Origin: Candidatus Obscuribacter phosphatis
GTDB lineage: Bacteria; Cyanobacteriota; Vampirovibrionia; Obscuribacterales; Obscuribacteraceae
DNA length: 64,000 nucleotides
Reading direction: 5' to 3'
NCBI GenBank assembly: GCA_001899315.1
Contig: MOYA01000004.1
Coordinates: forward strand, 54,477 to 118,476
The position numbers and the translations under genes are program-made. Each line of letters starts with the position of its first letter. Position 1 is the first letter of the stretch. The notes below the pieces were generated by a model. It saw nothing but the letters and a program-made list of their open reading frames with translations. It was not told the origin of the DNA and made no database searches. This document shows positions 26,211 to 33,954 of this stretch, piece by piece.

Positions 26211-28445
26211 ATGGCAAAATCCAATGCCTCTACTCCTGTGATCGTTCTCAACCTCGGTGAAACCGGCGACAAGGGCGACGACCGTCGTCCCCATGGTCAC
26301 AAGGGCGGCTGCCGTCCCCATGTGGTCATCTGCCCCGGCTATGGCGCCGAGAATTTCCCCTTCCCCAACGAGGAGACCCTCGTGGTGCGTGCCTTGGCCC
26401 GCATCAAGAAGAAGCAGGCTGCGGCTCGCGCCGCTCGCGCTTCTCGCACGGAAGATGTCGGCACCGGTATCGACAACGGTATCGACAACGAGGACCTCAA
26501 CCACCCTTTCGGCGAAGGAGGTGACCACGGCAGCGACCATGATGACCACGGTTGCGCCACCTCCCCCCACTGCCAGGGCCGGCATCCCGAGATGGAGTTG
26601 ACCGACGACGAAGTCGGCGATTCCGGGCTGCTGCGCACCTATGTTCCGGGCAGCCCCACCCTGGGCCGCATCCCCGCCAAGCGCCCGGCCGGCATCATCC
26701 CGCAGCTCGAGAAGGCTCGTGAAGCCGCTGTCGACGCCACTCTTCTGGTGGCCGCCGGTGGTCTGCGCGAACTGCTCGAAGACGGCAAGTATGACGCCAT
26801 CGTGGCCGAGCGCTTCGATGAGCAGGCCGACAAGGTGAGCTGGGCCCGTGAGAACATGGACCCCAAGTACCTGCCGGCCATCGACAGCCTGGAAGGGCAG
26901 CTGAACAAGCTGCGCCGGGTCTATCTGGCTGCGCTGCCTCGCACCCTCGACGGTCTGCGCGCCCAGAACCCCGGCACGCCCGAGTACCGGCTGCTCGATG
27001 CCGCCATCGAAGTGCTGGACGAAGAGCTGACGCCTATCATCAACGTCCTGCGTATCTGGACGGACGCTTTCGGCCAGCAGCGCAGCGGCAAGTACAAGGA
27101 GCTGGACGCCGTCGTCTTCTCGGTCGAGCAGGCGCACCACCTCTTCGAAGGCAATGTGGACGCCAGCTCCATGAGCGCCGAGACCAAGAACCGCCTCAAG
27201 ACCCGCGTCTACGGCGTGGGCAATGTCTATGTGGCGCGTTTCTCGGGCGAAGGTCCGGCCACGCTGCCCGGCACTCGCGGTCCCATCGGTGCTCATGCCA
27301 TCGAAGTGCCGCACGACGAGCGCAACATCATCACGCTCATGCTCATCCTCTACATGCACGAGTTCCGTCACGACATCTTCCACGACGTGGAAGGTCTCGG
27401 CGACGAGCTCAGCGCCGTGGTGGCCAAGGCGGTGCTCGATGCCCACGAAAAGGGCGAGCTGAAGCTGAGCAAGAACGCAGTCAAGATCGGAAAGCAGCAG
27501 GTGCCTCTGGCCAACCTCCTGGTCAAGCTCTTCGTCGACACCATCGGCGAAGTGGACGCGGACATTTCGGGCGGCGTGCTGCTCGGCGGTCCGGCCTACC
27601 TGTACAACATGCTCTCCACGTTCTCGGCCTTCAACTCGAAGCGCAAGAACATCTTCAACACGCCCAAGCTGCTGCGCACCGAGTCGTTCTACGAACTGAG
27701 CCAGGTGGGCAACGGTCAGGTCTCCCTCACCTTCCTGCCGCATCCGCCGGACTACATCCGCGCCTACATCGTTGCCGCCGCTCTCGACGAGATCGGCTTC
27801 AGCAAGGAAGCGCGTCAGTGCCGTGCACTCGCCGATCAGGGCGTCGGTTTCGACAACATTCCGGAGTACATCTCCTGGAAGTCGACCGAAGGCAAGAAGG
27901 AGCACCCCGAGATTCAGATCCCGGTGGCCGACATCAAGGCAGTCGCACCCATCGTGGCGCGCGCCCTGATTCGCACGCCGCTCAAGAGCCTCGGTGGTGC
28001 CAGCACCATCGACATCATCAACTGGACTCCCGAGCGCGAAGCCAAGGCACAGCTCCTGGCTCAGATGCTCATGGAAGGCAAGTCGGAGCTGCCCACCGAC
28101 AAGGGTGACATGCACGTCACCTACGTCATCTCGGCAGCGACGCTGGCTTACTGGGGTCTCTGCAAGTCGGGCTATCAGCCTCGCAAGGCAGCCGCCATTG
28201 TCGAGGACAACGCCCTGAAGATGATCGACCAGGTGCGCGACCGCTTCGACAAGGAGATGGCGCGCCTCAAGGCGGAAGCGGCGGAGCAGGCCGAACTGGC
28301 TGCCGATGCCGCTGCCTCCGGCGAAGCCAATCCCAATGGCGAAGCCAATCCCGCCGAAGGTGCAGCCGCCTCGGTCGAGAGCGGTGAAACCGTCGACGAG
28401 GACGCTGGCCCTGAATCCGGGGGCGGTGAAGGCACCGGCAGCTGA
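26211..28445 (+). CDS. orphan 744-aa protein with HExxH zincin motif
   Basis: AAGGAG SD. LILYMHEFRHDIFHD (H383-E-x-x-H387) and GEVDADISGG with E447 60 residues later. His/Asp-rich N-terminal patch; Ala/Glu-rich C-terminus. No signal peptide. Confidence 0.7.
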   Translation: MAKSNASTPVIVLNLGETGDKGDDRRPHGHKGGCRPHVVICPGYGAENFPFPNEETLVVRALARIKKKQAAARAARASRTEDVGTGIDNGIDNEDLNHPFGEGGDHGSDHDDHGCATSPHCQGRHPEMELTDDEVGDSGLLRTYVPGSPTLGRIPAKRPAGIIPQLEKAREAAVDATLLVAAGGLRELLEDGKYDAIVAERFDEQADKVSWARENMDPKYLPAIDSLEGQLNKLRRVYLAALPRTLDGLRAQNPGTPEYRLLDAAIEVLDEELTPIINVLRIWTDAFGQQRSGKYKELDAVVFSVEQAHHLFEGNVDASSMSAETKNRLKTRVYGVGNVYVARFSGEGPATLPGTRGPIGAHAIEVPHDERNIITLMLILYMHEFRHDIFHDVEGLGDELSAVVAKAVLDAHEKGELKLSKNAVKIGKQQVPLANLLVKLFVDTIGEVDADISGGVLLGGPAYLYNMLSTFSAFNSKRKNIFNTPKLLRTESFYELSQVGNGQVSLTFLPHPPDYIRAYIVAAALDEIGFSKEARQCRALADQGVGFDNIPEYISWKSTEGKKEHPEIQIPVADIKAVAPIVARALIRTPLKSLGGASTIDIINWTPEREAKAQLLAQMLMEGKSELPTDKGDMHVTYVISAATLAYWGLCKSGYQPRKAAAIVEDNALKMIDQVRDRFDKEMARLKAEAAEQAELAADAAASGEANPNGEANPAEGAAASVESGETVDEDAGPESGGGEGTGS

Positions 28446-28570
28446 ATCGCCGACCTTAACCGAAGCCACCGGAAGAGCAGCTGCAGCTAAAGGTCGCAAC
28501 CTGAGACGCCCTGCTCACTGACAGACAAACACGCTGGGTGGAAGACTTCTTCCGCCCGGCAGTAGCCACC

Positions 28571-28608
28571 GCGAGTGGTGCAGCGAAATTAATTGCTGCA
28601 CCACTCGC
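28571..28608. repeat. perfect 14-bp inverted repeat
   Basis: GCGAGTGGTGCAGC - 10 nt - GCTGCACCACTCGC, located where GC content drops. Confidence 0.8.
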
Positions 28609-28634
28609 CATTTCCACATAAGGACAGGTGTTCC

Positions 28635-30032
28635 ATGAAAGAGAATAAGTGGAAGAACTTCAAACCCAGATACGTTTGGGGCGGATTGATCGTCCTTCTC
28701 GGTCTGGGCATACTTGTCTCGAACCTGCTCGGCTTCGTCGCCGGCGGCGGTTCCAGCAAGCTTCCCGACCAGACTTTTTCATCCAAACCAGGTACAACGG
28801 TATATCTGAAGGCACCGAAATCCGGCGAAACAGTGCGTATCGTGCGCACCGACTCATCGGGTTCGACGCGCACCTACATGCGCATCGAATACAAAGACGG
28901 TCGCTCCGCAGTGGTTTCCTTCTCGAACAACAAGGTCTCCACTTACCGAGAGTACTATGCTCCCACGAAGGAGGAGCTGCTCAAAATCCAAGAGCAAGCC
29001 AAGAATGCCACCCCCGGTGTCAACTCGGCAGCTCAGTCGAATCCCACAGCTGAAGCCACTGACGCCGATCTGCCCCTTCGCAGACTGGCTCGCATCGTCG
29101 AACTGGCCAAGGACGGCAAAACCGTCAACGCTGAATACACCTATTTCGCCAACGGACGACTGAAAGAAGTCACCGTTCTCTCCGCCCTGGGCGACCTGGT
29201 GAGCACTACCTATTTCGAAAACGGAACTGGTATCGAGCGCATCGGCGTCTATGCCAAGGACCAGAACGGCGCTCTCGTATCAGAACAGGTCTTTGCCATC
29301 GGAGGTCGTCTGGTCGAGAGAGTCAGTGTCTCTGGCTATAACGGACTTCAGCGCGATTTCTTCGACGCCAACGGCATTCGTTACCGTTCGATCACCTACG
29401 GCTCCTGGACGTCGGAAATCACCGACTACACAGCCGATGGCAAGTCGAAAAAGATGGTCACGGCCTACGGCTATTCCGACGTCTCGGTCACCACCTATGA
29501 CGAAAAAACCGGTAAAGCACTAATGGAGAAAAGCTATCCAAATCAGAGCGATGCCGTCATCGTCCGCTACTTCGACCAGAGCAACAGCCCGAACAACTAC
29601 GGCGCCAGAGCCTTGGTGCAGCAGCGTTGGGTCAAGCTCGACAAAGCGATTCCCCAAGACCAGGTTGGTGTTGTCTCCGACGGCTACGTGCTGGATTCCA
29701 TCACCGAGTTCTATGAAGGCACTTACAACACCAAGCGTGAGCTGACCTTCTACCCCGGCGGCAAAGTGGTCAAATCGGCCGAAATCCGCAAACCGGCTTC
29801 CAGCTGGGGCACCTTTACTCGGCGCTCCTATCGTCTAGACGGTACGCTGGAAAAGGTGGAGGAAGTCGAATATAACCGCGTCAAGAGCCAGCAGCTTGTA
29901 ACCGGCGACAAGACTACCAGCGAAAGTCTGGACGGCCTGATCAAAGCTGTTTCCATTCTGCCGATTCTGACCAAGAACGGACCCGATAGTCCGGTTCGAA
30001 GCTCTAAAGCCCTCGAACTGAAGTTGGACTAA
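28635..30032 (+). CDS. membrane-anchored repeat protein (MORN-variant/YwqK-like beta-hairpin repeats?)
   Basis: ORF 28593..30032 trimmed to ATG 28635. TM helix YVWGGLIVLLGLGILVSNLLGFV. Recurrent Y(F)xNG..-type repeats (YFANGRLKEVTV, YFENGTGIERIGVY, FFDANGIRYRSITY). Confidence 0.55.
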   Translation: MKENKWKNFKPRYVWGGLIVLLGLGILVSNLLGFVAGGGSSKLPDQTFSSKPGTTVYLKAPKSGETVRIVRTDSSGSTRTYMRIEYKDGRSAVVSFSNNKVSTYREYYAPTKEELLKIQEQAKNATPGVNSAAQSNPTAEATDADLPLRRLARIVELAKDGKTVNAEYTYFANGRLKEVTVLSALGDLVSTTYFENGTGIERIGVYAKDQNGALVSEQVFAIGGRLVERVSVSGYNGLQRDFFDANGIRYRSITYGSWTSEITDYTADGKSKKMVTAYGYSDVSVTTYDEKTGKALMEKSYPNQSDAVIVRYFDQSNSPNNYGARALVQQRWVKLDKAIPQDQVGVVSDGYVLDSITEFYEGTYNTKRELTFYPGGKVVKSAEIRKPASSWGTFTRRSYRLDGTLEKVEEVEYNRVKSQQLVTGDKTTSESLDGLIKAVSILPILTKNGPDSPVRSSKALELKLD

Positions 30033-30109
30033 GTTGAAATTCCCAGAGGGGATCATCTCAAGTTTAAAACTTGCAGGTGATCCCCTCTGCACAATAGCAA
30101 GAGGAATAC

Positions 30110-30469
30110 ATGACCAGCGATCAAGAACTGAAAAACCGCATCGCAAGTGCACTCTACAATGCCGACCCTGAAGGTCTGGCCGTAACTGCTGCACCCAGCG
30201 ACGAATACTCATCCGAAGCCGAAATCATCATGGATCGCCTTGCTGAGATCAACTCAGCCAGCGACATGGCGGTGCTGATTGCCAACGTCTTCCGTCGGCA
30301 ATTCGGATGGGGCACAGTAGCAAATGCTTCTCAGTCAGAGCCTTCAGATCACGAATGGGCGGAAGCTCAGCCGCTGTATTCCGAGGCCGAGCTAGACCAA
30401 ATCTACAATCCTGAATCAGAGGTATACAAAATCCTCGGTCAGGAAATATGGAACCTGGTCAACGATTGA
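30110..30469 (+). CDS. small acidic hypothetical protein
   Basis: AGAGGA SD, 119 aa, followed by a strong terminator. Confidence 0.6.
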   Translation: MTSDQELKNRIASALYNADPEGLAVTAAPSDEYSSEAEIIMDRLAEINSASDMAVLIANVFRRQFGWGTVANASQSEPSDHEWAEAQPLYSEAELDQIYNPESEVYKILGQEIWNLVND

Positions 30470-30540
30470 CTGAGCAGCTAAGCAACTAAGAGTAAGTTCA
30501 ACGGTAACTTGTCTGAAACATGGGTTTTAGGCAGAGACTG

Positions 30541-30581
30541 GCAGAGCCTGATAGCGCAATCAATCAGGCTCTGCTTTTTTT
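30541..30581 (+). terminator. rho-independent terminator
   Basis: 12-bp stem GCAGAGCCTGAT / ATCAGGCTCTGC followed by T7. Confidence 0.85.
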
Positions 30582-30603
30582 GAATAACCGATATCGGTTA
30601 TTC
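30582..30603. repeat. perfect 22-bp palindrome GAATAACCGATATCGGTTATTC (copy 2)
   Basis: Self-complementary over all 22 nt. Directly abuts the terminator T-run, in a convergent intergenic region. Confidence 0.85.
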
Positions 30604-30806
30604 AGTTACGAGCAAATACCGCAACCAAATAAAAGACTATTTTTTTTAGCCAATTCTGCTACTGCATTACGTAGTAACAAACGCTAGGAAGCCAGCTCAT
30701 GCTGTTTAGAAGCCAAAGCCATTTACCTACGAAAGGTCCTCCCGCATACGGGCCGTCTTACATTTGCTCAACATACATTTCACAAAAATAAATCAGTCAG
30801 TCATTC

Positions 30807-32132
30807 TCAGCGTTTCATGCATATAGAAAGCACTGTTCCCGTCCTCAGCTTACGCATTCTGTCAGAACCCACATAACCTCGAGCCAGACAACTCGCAAAA
30901 ACATAACCCCTAACCTCGGACCTCTCAGATGGACCTTGAAGTTTAGAAGAGAATTGCGGGCAAGAAGAGAAGAAATTGCTGCCAATAATCGGACGAGGCA
31001 AAACAAACTGCGTTGAATTAGCAATGATGTGCATCAAGCCGCTGTATACGTAGAGATACTTTCTACTAATACGTCGACAATAATCTACGAGCAGCTCCAT
31101 AAACTCAAAGCAAGCCTTCTCAAGATTCTCTCGACTTTCACTTTGTACTCTTCCTGAACAAAGAGAACTTTGACACTTTGGCTTGCCGATAGCTATAGAG
31201 CAATCTGCTAAGCCTGATGAGTCAGAATTTCCGCCGTCTGGCTCCGCAACCCTGATCTTGAGTTTGCATCCCGGAAGAGACTCTATCAATCCATAAATTT
31301 GAAGCATGGCTATAGTTGAGTTAACTTCTGCAGTTGAGACATCCAGTTTGGCGCAAATCGAATCAATTTCATCACATCCGTTAGCAATAACAGCTAGCAC
31401 TTTAGATTCGAGTTCCGAAAGGTTTTCGCCAGAAGATGACTGATGAGGTTCAATCTGACTTGGGTGTCCAGTAATATTGGAAACACTAACGGCCGAGCTA
31501 GAAGCAGGCGCCTCACTAAAGTCGTGAACTTCAAATTCAACATCGACAGACTCTTCTTGACTCTCACAATTGGAGCGCTGCTCGTATAAGCGTTCGGCAT
31601 TTTCTTCATAGCAAGGATGCAGCCACATTGGTGAAGCAAGGCTTCTTTTGGCAAAAACAAAACTGAAGTGCGATGAGCTAAACTCCTTACATTCGCTGCA
31701 CTTAGCTGCCGCAGCTGCGTCAAGAATTGAGCGAGTTAAATTCAGGGCGGAAGAGTACGCAAGGCCAGTCAAAGCGCACAAGAAACTAGAATTGACTATA
31801 ACTCCATGTTCGTACAACCAAATGGCTGAAAACCAGGCTCTTATATTCCTTACGCGCTCGAAAAATGTACCAGCAGTCAGGCTCATGCGTCTTTTACAAA
31901 TCAAGCATTTGAACTCTCTAGAACCTTCTTGAATCTCAATTTGGTCCGAAAGACAAAGACGACAATATAAAAAACCACCACTAGTCAAGCTATCAATCAA
32001 GTCTCTCCAGCAAGTCTCAGGGTCTGGATAGACTTCATAGAAGGAACGCCACACACTACCTACATATTCTATTTTGTCTCTAGAATCGCATCGTTTGGCT
32101 ATCTCAACTAAGCCTTCTTCTAGTGGTCTCAC
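30807..32132 (-). CDS. IS1595-transposase-derived protein lacking DDE core; Zn ribbon plus DprA-like winged helix (paralogue A)
   Basis: ORF 30807..32270 trimmed to GTG 32132 (AAGGAGG 7 nt upstream). CRLC...CLIC..SLTAGTFFERVRNIRAWFSAIW..LTGLAYSSALNLTRSIL; central acidic linker plus LSELESKVLAVIANGCDEIDSICAKLDVSTAEVNSTIAMLQIYGLIESLPG; C-terminal RRISRKYLYVYSG. Confidence 0.7.
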   Translation of the reverse strand: MRPLEEGLVEIAKRCDSRDKIEYVGSVWRSFYEVYPDPETCWRDLIDSLTSGGFLYCRLCLSDQIEIQEGSREFKCLICKRRMSLTAGTFFERVRNIRAWFSAIWLYEHGVIVNSSFLCALTGLAYSSALNLTRSILDAAAAAKCSECKEFSSSHFSFVFAKRSLASPMWLHPCYEENAERLYEQRSNCESQEESVDVEFEVHDFSEAPASSSAVSVSNITGHPSQIEPHQSSSGENLSELESKVLAVIANGCDEIDSICAKLDVSTAEVNSTIAMLQIYGLIESLPGCKLKIRVAEPDGGNSDSSGLADCSIAIGKPKCQSSLCSGRVQSESRENLEKACFEFMELLVDYCRRISRKYLYVYSGLMHIIANSTQFVLPRPIIGSNFFSSCPQFSSKLQGPSERSEVRGYVFASCLARGYVGSDRMRKLRTGTVLSICMKR

Positions 32133-32208
32133 TTGATCGTCCTCCTTACTCCTATAAGTAAGAACGTAATTTCGAGAGAAAAAGTTCAAAAGATTGAGAT
32201 AAATTCTG

Positions 32209-32228
32209 AAAAACCGATATCGGTTATT
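32209..32228. promoter_or_regulatory. 20-bp palindrome copy 3 (AAAAACCGATATCGGTTATT, one mismatch)
   Basis: 77 nt upstream of the paralogue A start. It lies inside the spurious N-terminal extension of the raw ORF. Confidence 0.7.
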
Positions 32229-32640
32229 CCGAAAATCAAGAAACCAAAAAACAAAATTCTTTTGGTCCAAGGCAAACCAGATTTCATTAAATCTGCTTGA
32301 CAGCGTGCCAGCTATTCAGTAGTCTTGCCTTGAGACATTTGTCTCGTTTTGCAGGAATCACTTACCAAACCTACCAATCCAATCATCTTCATGCTTAAGT
32401 GCTTGATGGTGTGTTCCCTCGGCTGATAATGATAAGGCTCCTAGCTTTTGCTGGATCTATCAAATAGGCAGGCAACACCCCTTTCAACTCATTCAGCATA
32501 GTACCCAGCCTCTCAAAAACTTGAGGCATTGACGATAGCACTTGCACAGTTGTCAATTGCTTCTACCGGAAAAATATTGGGTATGAACTGACTTAGTTGA
32601 AAACAGGCATCTTAAGGTGCAGAATTGCCAGGAGAATGTC

Positions 32641-33849
32641 ATGAACTTAGTCAAGAAACAGCGCGAGAACCGCTATCGACTGGGAGAGCTTTTTCTAGAA
32701 ACTGGTCTAGTGGACGGTTCAGCAATTTCTGAAGGACTTTCGATTTCTAAGAGAACATCCTTTCCCATAGGACGCGTTCTCGTAATGACAGGATGGCTGG
32801 ATGATCATGATGTGAATTGCGCCTTGGAACTGCAAAATCTTCTCAGAGAAGGCACCATAGACAATCGTCTCGCCGCTGACCTGCTCAGATTCTGCCACCT
32901 CAACAAAGTAGACATAAATGAATCCTTCAGACTTAACGGCATTACAAGCTCCGGAGAATCTCCTCAAAGTAGACTAGGCAGGCTTTTCTTTGCTGCCGGA
33001 ATCGTTGATGAGAACCAACTAGCACAAGCTGGTCGAGAAGCTCAGCGGCACGACATGACGCTAGGAAGCGCGCTTCTCATGCTCCGCTTCGTATCTCAAA
33101 AGACACTCGAAGGTGCACTCAATTTACAGGTGATGCTCAGAGATGGCAAAGTCACCTTCCCCGAAGCTCTTGCATTTTGCAAAGAAATGCACGAGCGTCA
33201 AGTTAGCCTCAGAGAGGTACTAGGTGATAACGGCAAACTCGTTCGTTCTAACAGTGCCGCTCCAAGAATCGGAGAGTTCCTAGTTGCTGCGCAGTTAGTT
33301 AAGAATACTGAAGTTCTTACTGCTTGCGAAATCGGCACAGAGGAAGATAACAACATTGGCAGAGTCCTACTAAGCAGAGGACAACTTTCAGAATTGGTTT
33401 TGGAAGCTGCTCTCAAGCTCCAGAATATGATGCAGTCGAGAGTCTTTACATACAGAAGGGCGGTTAAGCTTCTCAGACTCGTCTATAAGCTAGGTGCACC
33501 GCTAGAACAAATAATTGAAGAATCGCAAGCCCTTGATGATGTTTTCAAACTACTAAGAAGAGCCGCAATAGTCCCTGAGAAGATTGTGCGAGATGTTGCC
33601 TGCGAAATTGTTGACTTTGAAGACACCGTCGCCGAAGCCCTCCTCTCAAGGGGATATATCAATCCTATTCATGCTCGCATAGGTCTAGCCTGCTTAGAGC
33701 GCATCAGAAATGGAGAAATATGTGAAGACAAGGCAGCATTTCTCATCTACCACTGCTGCAACAAACCCGGACAAGAAATGGAAATGTTTAGCCGCATTAA
33801 TTGGTCAGAACTTCGCCGCCTGCAGCTCAGACAGGACTTACTAGTATAG
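32641..33849 (+). CDS. protein of three tandem T2SSE_N/MshEN-like modules
   Basis: ORF 32617..33849 trimmed to ATG 32641 (AGGAG SD). Three modules of about 90 aa, each built as 24-aa motif, 5-aa spacer, 24-aa motif (details in findings). Confidence 0.7.
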   Translation: MNLVKKQRENRYRLGELFLETGLVDGSAISEGLSISKRTSFPIGRVLVMTGWLDDHDVNCALELQNLLREGTIDNRLAADLLRFCHLNKVDINESFRLNGITSSGESPQSRLGRLFFAAGIVDENQLAQAGREAQRHDMTLGSALLMLRFVSQKTLEGALNLQVMLRDGKVTFPEALAFCKEMHERQVSLREVLGDNGKLVRSNSAAPRIGEFLVAAQLVKNTEVLTACEIGTEEDNNIGRVLLSRGQLSELVLEAALKLQNMMQSRVFTYRRAVKLLRLVYKLGAPLEQIIEESQALDDVFKLLRRAAIVPEKIVRDVACEIVDFEDTVAEALLSRGYINPIHARIGLACLERIRNGEICEDKAAFLIYHCCNKPGQEMEMFSRINWSELRRLQLRQDLLV

Positions 33850-33877
33850 CTCTCAAAGTTTAGCTCTTCAGTGTTAG

Positions 33878-33923
33878 AACTTATGAGGGGGTGCCACCTA
33901 AAAACGGCACCCCCTCATAAGTT
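33878..33923. terminator. bidirectional terminator
   Basis: Perfect 18-bp stem AACTTATGAGGGGGTGCC / GGCACCCCCTCATAAGTT between convergent genes. Confidence 0.8.
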
Positions 33924-33954
33924 AGAGATAGAAGCAGCTTGCGAAAAGACACAA

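Noticed and set aside
30807-32270. An intact IS1595-family insertion sequence.
   Set aside because: No DDE catalytic region is present, and I see no terminal inverted repeats or target duplication. The two copies are highly diverged in protein sequence. Treated as a domesticated derivative instead.
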